From: Proteobacteria bacterium SG_bin4
GTDB taxonomy: Bacteria; Pseudomonadota; Gammaproteobacteria; Burkholderiales; Nitrosomonadaceae
DNA length: 64,000 nt
Direction: 5' to 3'
Assembly (NCBI GenBank): GCA_002083395.1
Contig: LWDH01000035.1
Coordinates: forward strand, 41,403-105,402
Shown: positions 56,804 through 64,000 of the stretch, in pieces
Layout of the letters: the number at the start of each line of letters is the position of its first letter
Position numbering within the stretch: position 1 is the first letter of the stretch
The notes under the pieces: model-generated
Told to the model about the DNA's origin: nothing
Databases searched by the model: none
Seen by the model: only the letters and a program-made list of their open reading frames with translations
Made by a program: the position numbers and the translations under genes

Positions 56804-57973
56804 TCAGCGGATTTGCCGCGGTTCCTCGTTGGCCATTTCCAATATCTGACTCGCCGTCAATTGTCCCTCCATATTACCGTCCCAGGTGGCATTGAACGGC
56901 AGCGTATTTTGCACATGCTTGGCGTGGTTCAGATAGGCTTGCAACGAAATTTCCGGTTGCGTGACCGGTACTGCGACCGCGCGCGGATTGGCTGCGGTTT
57001 CGGTCAATAAAGCCTGATTGATTTTTGCTTGCGGGCGCGGGTTGCGTTTTGCTTTCGCGGTGGTGCGCACGGCGCGCAGCGATTTTTTCAGCAACTGGCC
57101 GTGATCGCGCTTGTCGTCTTCCAGTACCGGGTAAGCTTGCAGGTACAAATCATCGCCGCGCCAGCCGAGCAAGCGCGGCTGGTTCACTACGCGAACCGGC
57201 GTGTCGACCGCCACGTTGTTAAAAATACCGACGATGTCCTCCGGGTACATGCGCACGCAGCCGTGGCTGCCGCGCAAGCCGATGCTCGGCGGTTTGTCGG
57301 TGCCGTGAATGGCGTAGTTCGGCCAGTCGAGTTTCAACACATGCGTACCCATTGGGTTATCCGGCCCCGGCGGCACGATGGCGGGCAGCGGATTGCCGTT
57401 CTTGGCGTGTTCCTTGCGGATCGAAGGCGTTGGAATCCATGCCGGATTGGCTTTCTTCGATGCAACGCGAGTCATGCCCACCGGCGTTTTCCATTCCACC
57501 CGGCCGATGCCGACCGGATGCGTGATGACGCGCTGCAATTCGCCGGGCTTGGCTTTCGGGTAATAAAACAACCGCATCGCCGCGAGATTGATCACGATGC
57601 CTTGGCGCGGCGCATCGGGCAACACGAACTGCGTCGGCACCACGACGCGGGTGCCGGCTTTCGGCAGCCACGGATCGACGCCGGGATTGGCGCTGACGAT
57701 TTCTTCATAACCGACGTTAAAACGCCGCGCGATATCCGACAGTGTATCGTCCGGCTGCGCGGTGACGATTTGCACCGTGCCGACGACGTCGTCGCGCGCC
57801 GCATCGAAACTGAATTCGTGACTGGCCACCGGCATCGGCAGCGATTGAACCCGCGGGGCGGGGGACGGCGCCGGGCCGGTGCTGAAAGTCTGGCAACCGC
57901 TTAACAGAAAAACACTGGCGCAAACACCGTAGGCAAGGCCGTCACGCAAATAGGAAAGTTTATTTTTATACAT
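56804..57973 (-). CDS. LysM-domain L,D-transpeptidase lipoprotein (YkuD family)
   Basis: Lipobox FLLSGC after the ATG at 57973; the longer ORF-track start at 58054 was rejected. LysM segment (DTLSDIARRFNVGYEEIVSANP) and YkuD catalytic motif GSHGCVRM. Confidence 0.85.
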   Translation of the reverse strand: MYKNKLSYLRDGLAYGVCASVFLLSGCQTFSTGPAPSPAPRVQSLPMPVASHEFSFDAARDDVVGTVQIVTAQPDDTLSDIARRFNVGYEEIVSANPGVDPWLPKAGTRVVVPTQFVLPDAPRQGIVINLAAMRLFYYPKAKPGELQRVITHPVGIGRVEWKTPVGMTRVASKKANPAWIPTPSIRKEHAKNGNPLPAIVPPGPDNPMGTHVLKLDWPNYAIHGTDKPPSIGLRGSHGCVRMYPEDIVGIFNNVAVDTPVRVVNQPRLLGWRGDDLYLQAYPVLEDDKRDHGQLLKKSLRAVRTTAKAKRNPRPQAKINQALLTETAANPRAVAVPVTQPEISLQAYLNHAKHVQNTLPFNATWDGNMEGQLTASQILEMANEEPRQIR

Positions 57974-58183
57974 AAAATCAATGAAATTATAAAAAATTGG
58001 CGTGACCCACAGCGGCCAATTTACAAGGTTTTGAACGATGGCACAACCGTTCATTGAAACAAATCAAGGAATTTTCGCCGTCAGTTGATGTGATAGATGA
58101 GAGATTGCATCGCATTTTTTGACCGGCAAAATCGAATGCCAGTATGATGAGCGCTTTGAAGCAATATCCGGTCGAATCGTTTC

Positions 58184-59896
58184 ATGTCCAAAATTTTCAT
58201 CAACTACCGCCGCGAAGATAGCGCGGATTACGCAAACCGTTTGTACGACCGGCTAGCCGGTCATTTCGGCGCGGATCAAGTGTTCATGGACATCGATCAA
58301 ATCGAGCCGGGTGAAGTGTTCGATCAAGTGATTCACGATAAGCTGGCGGCGGGACAAGCCGCCGTGGTGCTGATCGGGTCGCACTGGCTGGAGATCGCCG
58401 ATGCCAACGGCCAGCGGCGGCTGGACAATCCTGACGATTGGGTGCGGCTCGAGATTGCCGCAGTGCTCGAGCGCAATATCCGCGTCATCCCAGTGCTGGT
58501 CGGCGGCGCGGCGATGCCGAAATCGACGCAACTGCCCGAATGCCTGGTACCGTTGGCTCGGCGTCAAGCGAGTGAAATTACCAGTCATGCGCGTTTTCAT
58601 GCGGATGCCGACAAACTGATCAAGGCATTGGAAAAAATTGTGGGTGTGCCGGTTCCTTCAAAATCTGAACCGCCTAAAAAACCGGAAGAACCGGAGAAAT
58701 CCGGTTTACTGCGTTTCGCGGCGATCGCCGGAATCCTCGGAATCGTGTTGGCGGCGGGAACTTATTTTGGAAGGACGCCGAATAAATTGGAACCAGAAGT
58801 GCCAGTGATCGAACCAATCGCCGCAACAGCAAACATTGGAACAAAACCCGCTCCAGCCAAAGCACCGGTTACGGAACAGTCGCAACAAACAACCCCCAGC
58901 GCGATTACCCAAGCGGTAATTGAGTCACCCAAAGCCGCAATCATCGAACCGGAAATAAAGCGATTAGATGATAATTCGCTTACTGAAACAGATTCTGCTA
59001 CAGCGAAGGAATCCATCGCAGAGCAACCGCAACAGGGAACGCTCATATCAGCGGATCAATCTGGCGCCGCTCAATCTCCGCAAAAAATTCCGCCGATCAA
59101 AAGGAAGCCCTTGGTGGAACAGCGCAATGAAGAGCCTCCAATAGAGCAAAAAATATCGACAGTAGAACAGCCTAAAGTCACTGTCATCGAACCTAAGATG
59201 GTGCGCATCCCACCCGGTAAATTCTGGATGGGTTCCCCGGAAAACGAAGAAGGGCGATGGGGTATCGAAGGTCCGCAACATGAAGTTACGATCAATTATT
59301 CCTTTGAAATCGGCAAATACGAAGTGACATTCGACGAATACGACGCGTTTGCCAAAGCAACCCAACGTAAACTGCCAAGCGATAGAGGTTGGGGGCGTGG
59401 CAAGCGGCCGGTGATTAATGTGACGTTTAACAATGCACAAGCGTATGCTCAATGGTTGGCCAAGCAAACGGGTCAAAAATACCGGCTGCCGACCGAAGCG
59501 GAATGGGAATATGCCGCACGGGCGGGTACAAAAACCCGCTACTGGTGGGGAGATGACATCGGCAAAAACAATGCCAATTGCAACGATTGCGGCAGTCAAT
59601 GGGATGACAAACAAACTGCGCCGGTGGGGTCATTCAAAGCGAATGCGTTTGGATTACACGATACCGCCGGTAACGTCTGGGAATGGACGCAGGATTGCTG
59701 GCATGACAATTACGGCAACGCGCCGGGTGATGGCTCGGCGTGGCTGGACAAGGACGGCGGTTATTGCAGCAGCCGGGTTGTTCGGGGCGGTTCGTGGTTT
59801 AACTTTCCGGAGTACTTGCGGTCGGCTCAACGTGGCACCGACGACTCCAATGTTATCAACCTCAACCAGGGTTTTCGTATCGCTAGGGATTTTTGA
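58184..59896 (+). CDS. TIR domain / single TM / Pro-rich linker / SUMF1-FGE-family domain protein
   Basis: 570 aa. N-terminal TIR-like domain (IFINYRREDS...DDWVRLEIAAVL), TM helix LLRFAAIAGILGIVLAAGTYF and a low-complexity linker. The C-terminal FGE-sulfatase fold carries FWMGSP, RLPTEAEWEYAARAG, GNVWEWTQDCW and VVRGGSW. Confidence 0.85.
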   Translation: MSKIFINYRREDSADYANRLYDRLAGHFGADQVFMDIDQIEPGEVFDQVIHDKLAAGQAAVVLIGSHWLEIADANGQRRLDNPDDWVRLEIAAVLERNIRVIPVLVGGAAMPKSTQLPECLVPLARRQASEITSHARFHADADKLIKALEKIVGVPVPSKSEPPKKPEEPEKSGLLRFAAIAGILGIVLAAGTYFGRTPNKLEPEVPVIEPIAATANIGTKPAPAKAPVTEQSQQTTPSAITQAVIESPKAAIIEPEIKRLDDNSLTETDSATAKESIAEQPQQGTLISADQSGAAQSPQKIPPIKRKPLVEQRNEEPPIEQKISTVEQPKVTVIEPKMVRIPPGKFWMGSPENEEGRWGIEGPQHEVTINYSFEIGKYEVTFDEYDAFAKATQRKLPSDRGWGRGKRPVINVTFNNAQAYAQWLAKQTGQKYRLPTEAEWEYAARAGTKTRYWWGDDIGKNNANCNDCGSQWDDKQTAPVGSFKANAFGLHDTAGNVWEWTQDCWHDNYGNAPGDGSAWLDKDGGYCSSRVVRGGSWFNFPEYLRSAQRGTDDSNVINLNQGFRIARDF

Positions 59897-59930
59897 CCTT
59901 TGTCCTTTGTGCTTTTGCCCTTTGCGGGGT

Positions 59931-59967
59931 GCAGGGGCGTAGCCCCTGCGGGTTTTGGTTTTTGGGG
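59931..59967 (+). terminator. Rho-independent terminator of the TIR-SUMF1 gene
   Basis: GCAGGGGC-gta-GCCCCTGC followed by GGGTTTTGGTTTTTGG. Confidence 0.65.
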
Positions 59968-59969
59968 TT

Positions 59970-60103
59970 GTAGGGTGGATAAGCGTAGCGTCATCCACCA
60001 TAATGCGGTTACATGCGCTGGTGTCCGGTGGATGGCGCTTTGCTTATCCACCCTACGGGGAAGGATTGTGCAGTAGGGTGGATAAATGCAATGCCATCCA
60101 CCA
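59970..60103. repeat. Cluster of three REP-like palindromic units in alternating orientation
   Basis: Unit 1 is GTAGGGTGGATAAGCGTAGCGTCATCCACCA (59970-60000). Unit 2 is its inverted form GGTGGATGGCGCTTTGCTTATCCACCCTAC (60028-60056). Unit 3 is GTAGGGTGGATAAATGCAATGCCATCCACCA (60073-60103). Confidence 0.75.
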
Positions 60104-60144
60104 CAGCATTACCCGCCAGCGCAGGAAATTTTTTTGAAACAACA

Positions 60145-61059
60145 ATGACAACTATGACCACACTCGGTTTTATCGGTCTCGGCATCATGGGCAAACCCAT
60201 GGCCGGGCATTTGATCAACGGCGGACACCGCTTGTTGCTGCATTCGCGCAGCGGCGTGCCGGCGGATTTGGTTGCGGCAGGTGGCATTGCAGTGCCATCG
60301 CCGCAAGCGGTAGCAATGCAGGCGGATATCATCGTCACCATGCTGCCGGATACGCCGGATGTGGAAAAAGTGCTGTTTGATGACAACGGTATTGCCAGCG
60401 GTTTGCAAGCTTCGGCGGGCGGGCGCAAAGTTGTCGTCGACATGAGCTCGATTTCGCCGCTGGCGACGCGCGAATTCGCCGCGCGGCTGAACGCGCTCGG
60501 ACACGATTACGCCGATGCGCCGGTATCGGGCGGCGATATCGGCGCGCAGAATGCCACATTGACGATCATGGTGGGCGCGAGCCAAGCGGTGTTTGATCGC
60601 ATCCAGCCGATCCTGGCGTTGATGGGAAAAAGTGTCACGCATATCGGCGATGTCGGCGCCGGACAGGTGTGCAAGGTCGCCAATCAGATCGTGGTGTCGT
60701 CGGCAATCGAAGCGGTGGGCGAAGCGTTGCTGTTTGCATCCAAGGCCGGTGTCGATCCGGCGAAGGTGCGGCAAGCATTGCTCGGCGGATTTGCCACGTC
60801 GAAGGCGCTGGAAGTGCACGGGCTGCGCATGATCGATCGGCGTTTCGAGCCGGGCTTTCGCATCGAACTACATCACAAGGATTTGAACATCGCGCTGCAA
60901 AGCGCCGCCGAATTGGGCGTGAGCCTGCCGACTACTGCGGCGGTGCGCGAATTGTTTTCCGCCTGTCTCGCGCACGGCGGCGCAACATGGGATAATTCCG
61001 CCATTGTCAAAATGCTGGAAAAACTGGCCAATCATGAAATTTACAAGCATCCGGAATAA
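60145..61059 (+). CDS. 2-hydroxy-3-oxopropionate (tartronate semialdehyde) reductase-like NAD-binding dehydrogenase
   Basis: About 304 aa from the ATG at 60145. Rossmann motif LGFIGLGIMGKPMAGHL and the 6-phosphogluconate dehydrogenase-like C-domain. The ORF-track start at 60013 translates REP units and was rejected. Confidence 0.85.
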   Translation: MTTMTTLGFIGLGIMGKPMAGHLINGGHRLLLHSRSGVPADLVAAGGIAVPSPQAVAMQADIIVTMLPDTPDVEKVLFDDNGIASGLQASAGGRKVVVDMSSISPLATREFAARLNALGHDYADAPVSGGDIGAQNATLTIMVGASQAVFDRIQPILALMGKSVTHIGDVGAGQVCKVANQIVVSSAIEAVGEALLFASKAGVDPAKVRQALLGGFATSKALEVHGLRMIDRRFEPGFRIELHHKDLNIALQSAAELGVSLPTTAAVRELFSACLAHGGATWDNSAIVKMLEKLANHEIYKHPE

Positions 61060-61065
61060 TCCATG

Positions 61066-61204
61066 GACGTCTCTAAAAAATCATATTTTGTTACAATACT
61101 TTGTTGCTCACAAAAAATATTTCCTTGCATATCAGTAATATGTTGCGTCAATATTTTTTGTTCTCGCCTCGTCTTGTTTAAAAATCTGAATTTTTAGAGT
61201 CGCC
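61066..61204 (+). repeat. Intergenic palindromic element, copy E (AT-rich, divergent)
   Basis: Arms CTCTAAAAA (61071-61079) and TTTTTAGAG (61191-61199) have extended imperfect pairing. The core blocks CTTTGTTGCTCAC, TATCAGTAATATG and CTCGCCTCG are collinear with copies A and B. It ends 4 nt before the glcD ATG. Confidence 0.45.
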
Positions 61205-61207
61205 CAC

Positions 61208-62662
61208 ATGTCTGTTCAAACCCTAGCCGATCGCTTCCGCTCATTCTTACCACGCGAAGCGGTGTTATTTGAAGCCGAGGATCTGCGGCCGTACGAATGC
61301 GATGGCTTGTCAGCATACCGGCAACTGCCGGGAGCGGTGGTGTTGCCGCAAACCGAGGAACAGATCGTCAAGATTTTGCAGCTTTGCCACGCCACCCGCA
61401 CGCCGCTGGTGGCGCGCGGCGCGGGTACCGGTTTGTCGGGCGGCGCGTTGCCGCATGCGCAAGGGGTGCTGATGTCACTCGCAAAGCTCAATCGCATCAT
61501 TGCTATCGATCCACTGGCGCGCACCGCACGGGTGCAGCCCGGCGTGCGCAATCTGGCGATCAGCGAAGCGGCGGCACCTTATGGTTTGTATTACGCGCCC
61601 GATCCTTCGTCGCAGATCGCTTGCTCGATCGGCGGCAATATCGCGGAAAATTCCGGCGGGGTGCATTGCCTGAAATACGGATTGACGGTGCACAATATTC
61701 TTAAATTGCGGGTGCTGACCATTGACGGCGAATGTCTGGAAATCGGCGGCGACAGCCTGGACAGCGCCGGTTACGATTTGCTGGCGTTGATGACCGGCTC
61801 TGAGGGCATGCTCGGCATCGTCACCGAGATTACCGTGAAACTGCTTCCGAAACCGGAAAAAGCGCAGCTGGTGATGGCGGCGTTCGACGACGTGCTGAAA
61901 GCGGGCAACGCGGTGGCGAATGTCATTGCCGCCGGGATCATTCCCGCCGGGATGGAAATGATGGATAAAATCACCATCCATGCGGTCGAGGAATTTTTGC
62001 ACGCCGGTTATGACTTGAACGCGGCAGCGATTTTGCTGTGCGAATCGGATGGCAGCGCCGAGGAAGTCGCCGATGAAATCGAACGCATCCACACGATCAT
62101 GCAGCAAAGCGGCGCGACCGGCATCCGCACCTCGCGCGATGAAGCCGAGCGGCTCAAGCTTTGGGCGGGACGCAAAGCGGCATTCCCAGCCGCGGGGCGG
62201 GTGTCACCCGATTATTACTGCATGGACGGCACGATACCGCGCAAGCGTCTGGCGGAGGTGTTGCACGGCATCGATCAGTTGTCGCAGCACTATGGGCTGC
62301 GGTGCATGAACGTGTTTCATGCCGGCGATGGCAATTTGCACCCGCTGATTTTGTACGACGCCAACCAGCCCGGTGAATTGGAAAAAGCGGAAGAGTTCGG
62401 CGGCAAAATCCTGGAAATGTGTATTCATGCCGGTGGCACGATTACCGGCGAGCATGGTGTGGGTATGGAAAAAATCAATCAAATGTGCATCCAATTCAAA
62501 ACCGATGAGCTGCAGCTATTTCATGCGGTGAAAGCGGCGTTCGATCCTTTGGGGCTGCTGAACCCCGGCAAGGCGGTACCGACCTTGCACCGTTGCGCGG
62601 AATTGGGCGCGATGCACGTGCACCACGGCGAGCTGAAATTCGCGGATTTGCCGCGATTCTAA
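61208..62662 (+). CDS. glcD: Glycolate oxidase subunit GlcD (FAD-linked oxidase)
   Basis: 484 aa. FAD-binding PCMH domain (VARGAGTGLSGGALP) and C-terminal EHGVGMEK. It sits in the conserved glcD-glcE-glcF order. Confidence 0.9.
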   Translation: MSVQTLADRFRSFLPREAVLFEAEDLRPYECDGLSAYRQLPGAVVLPQTEEQIVKILQLCHATRTPLVARGAGTGLSGGALPHAQGVLMSLAKLNRIIAIDPLARTARVQPGVRNLAISEAAAPYGLYYAPDPSSQIACSIGGNIAENSGGVHCLKYGLTVHNILKLRVLTIDGECLEIGGDSLDSAGYDLLALMTGSEGMLGIVTEITVKLLPKPEKAQLVMAAFDDVLKAGNAVANVIAAGIIPAGMEMMDKITIHAVEEFLHAGYDLNAAAILLCESDGSAEEVADEIERIHTIMQQSGATGIRTSRDEAERLKLWAGRKAAFPAAGRVSPDYYCMDGTIPRKRLAEVLHGIDQLSQHYGLRCMNVFHAGDGNLHPLILYDANQPGELEKAEEFGGKILEMCIHAGGTITGEHGVGMEKINQMCIQFKTDELQLFHAVKAAFDPLGLLNPGKAVPTLHRCAELGAMHVHHGELKFADLPRF

Positions 62663-62667
62663 TCCCC

Positions 62668-63741
62668 ATGCAAGCGATCATCGAACAGTATCAAGCCATT
62701 ATTCGCGCCGCGGCGGACAACCAAACCCCGTTGCAGATACGCGGCGGCGGCACCAAGCATTTTTATGGCAACGCACCAGCCCAACAACCGGCTGCATTCT
62801 TCGATACCACGGCTTACCACGGCATTGTCGATTACGAACCGACCGAACTGGTGCTGACTGCACGCGCCGGAACCCGGTTGGCGGATGTCGAAGCGTTATT
62901 GGCCGAACATGGTCAAATGCTGGCGTTCGAGCCGCCGCATTTCGGCGCGGCTGCAACCTTGGGCGGTTGCATCGCCGCCGGTTTGTCCGGTCCGCGCCGC
63001 GCTACTGCCGGAGCGGTGCGCGATTTTGTGTTGGGGCTGCGCTTGCTCGATGGAACCGGCAAGGATTTGCGGTTTGGCGGGCAGGTGATGAAAAATGTCG
63101 CCGGTTACGATGTGTCGCGGTTGATGGCCGGGGCGATGGGCACTTTGGGTGTGATACTGGAAGTATCGCTCAAGGTGTTGCCGAAGCCGCCGGCTGAAGT
63201 GACGCTACGATTAGCCATGAGCGAAGCGGCGGCCATCGAACAAATGAACCAGTGGGCGGGTAAACCGCTGCCGGTTTCCGCGACTTGCCATGCCGACGGC
63301 GAATTGTTGGTGCGCTTGTCCGGCGCGGAATCGACGGTTCGAGCCGCTCAAATCAAGCTGGGCGGTGAAGTGCTGCCGGATAGCGCAGCATTTTGGCAAT
63401 CAATACGCGAACAAACGCATGGTTTTTTTCAATCCGGCCAACCGCTGTGGCGCTTATCGGTTCGATCCACCGCCGCGCCGTTGGCGTTGCCGGGAAAACA
63501 ACTGCTCGAATGGAACGGCGGCTTGCGCTGGTTATCGGGGGGCGATGGCTTGGACGTGGAAACGATTCGCCAATGGGCGAAAGATGCGGGCGGGCATGCA
63601 ACATTGTTTCGTAATCTAACATCGCAGCTGCCGGTGTTTCATCCACTGGAACCGGCGCTGATGGCCATTCATCGTTCGTTGAAACAACAATTCGATCCTG
63701 CGGGAATTTTTAACCGCGGAAGACTTTATCCGGATTTATAA
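62668..63741 (+). CDS. glcE: Glycolate oxidase FAD-binding subunit GlcE
   Basis: About 357 aa from the ATG at 62668. LQIRGGGTKHFYG and KNVAGYDVSRLM motifs. The ORF-track start at 62593 overlaps glcD. Confidence 0.85.
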   Translation: MQAIIEQYQAIIRAAADNQTPLQIRGGGTKHFYGNAPAQQPAAFFDTTAYHGIVDYEPTELVLTARAGTRLADVEALLAEHGQMLAFEPPHFGAAATLGGCIAAGLSGPRRATAGAVRDFVLGLRLLDGTGKDLRFGGQVMKNVAGYDVSRLMAGAMGTLGVILEVSLKVLPKPPAEVTLRLAMSEAAAIEQMNQWAGKPLPVSATCHADGELLVRLSGAESTVRAAQIKLGGEVLPDSAAFWQSIREQTHGFFQSGQPLWRLSVRSTAAPLALPGKQLLEWNGGLRWLSGGDGLDVETIRQWAKDAGGHATLFRNLTSQLPVFHPLEPALMAIHRSLKQQFDPAGIFNRGRLYPDL

Positions 63742-64000
63742 ATGCAAACCAAGCTTGCCGATTTCATCAAACACTCTGCGGAAGGCCAGGAAGCCGACGA
63801 GATCCTGCGTAGCTGCGTGCACTGCGGCTTTTGTCTGGCGACATGCCCGACGTATCAGCTGCTGGGCGATGAACTGGACAGTCCGCGCGGGCGTATTTAT
63901 TTGATGAAGCAACTGCTCGAAGGGCAACCGGTGACCGAGAAAACCCAGTTGCACCTGGATCGCTGCCTGACTTGCCGCGCATGTGAAACCACGTGTCCGT
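63742..64000 (+). CDS. glcF: Glycolate oxidase iron-sulfur subunit GlcF, N-terminal 86 aa; the gene runs off the right edge
   Basis: My own translation reads [61 protein letters not shown]...[14 protein letters not shown]. It shows two CxxCxxCxxxCP ferredoxin motifs. The ATG follows the glcE stop directly. Confidence 0.85.
   Translation, partial: MQTKLADFIKHSAEGQEADEILRSCVHCGFCLATCPTYQLLGDELDSPRGRIYLMKQLLEGQPVTEKTQLHLDRCLTCRACETTCP

Noticed and set aside
57029-57904. A 291-aa plus-strand ORF and several others inside 56804-58054
   Set aside because: They are antisense to the LysM/YkuD L,D-transpeptidase. The translations are Arg/Ala/His-rich, typical of GC-rich antisense frames, with no RBS or domain.
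58184-59896. Thoeris-type defence system call for the TIR protein
   Set aside because: No ThsA (SIR2/Macro-SLOG) or other effector gene is adjacent. The neighbouring genes are housekeeping, so only a generic TIR-sensor hypothesis is retained.
60013-60144. An N-terminal extension of the reductase ORF (MRWCPVDGALLIHPTGKDCAVGWINAMP...)
   Set aside because: The extension translates the REP units. The Rossmann motif begins right after the ATG at 60145, so the start was moved.

Overview
This is a chromosomal window from a Gram-negative proteobacterium, shown by LptFG, MurJ, a TolC/RND efflux system and a LysM L,D-transpeptidase. The lineage cannot be fixed from sequence alone. I call about 55 protein genes. 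I found no rRNA, tRNA or CRISPR array by eye.

**Layout**
- **1-21 kb, mostly housekeeping:** clpB 5' part with a sigma-32-like promoter, a GGDEF-EAL protein, nadC, lptF/lptG, xseB-ispA-dxs and folE2. It also holds an unusual three-gene lipid operon: CDP-alcohol phosphatidyltransferase, DAG-kinase-like lipid kinase and a Tam41-like candidate CDP-DAG synthase.
- **21.8-23.5 kb:** an AT-rich islet with a decayed IS1595-family transposase and an FRG-domain gene.
- **25-51 kb, accessory-looking and rich in metal and envelope functions:**
  - an HvfA/HvfB/HvfC-type MNIO (DUF692) RiPP cluster, whose exported precursor carries five EGKCG motifs;
  - an orphan histidine kinase and a REC-TPR response regulator;
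  - a TAT multicopper oxidase with two Met/Gly/Arg-rich inserts;
  - a solitary flagellin whose variable region carries an HExxH...E metalloprotease signature;
  - chrA, a RoxA-like di-heme cytochrome c and a CzcCBA/CusCBA-type efflux system;
  - a 7TMR-DISM diguanylate cyclase and a J-like/zinc-ribbon/PilZ protein.
- **51.6-56.6 kb:** a BigR/SqrR-type sulfide-detoxification locus with persulfide dioxygenase, split YeeE, an ArsR-type repressor, a DUF442-SQR fusion and TauE.
- **56.8-64 kb:** an L,D-transpeptidase, a TIR-TM-SUMF1/FGE-domain protein, a REP triplet, a tartronate-semialdehyde-reductase-like gene and glcD-glcE-glcF (partial).

**Non-coding structure:** five intergenic imperfect palindromes of about 135-150 nt share core blocks, but each has its own self-complementary arms.

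**Top candidates for follow-up:** the Hvf-like MNIO RiPP locus, the protease-bearing flagellin, the TIR-TM-SUMF1 protein, the Tam41-like lipid operon and the palindromic repeat family.

All domain calls come from reading the translations and recalling family motifs. No database search was run.
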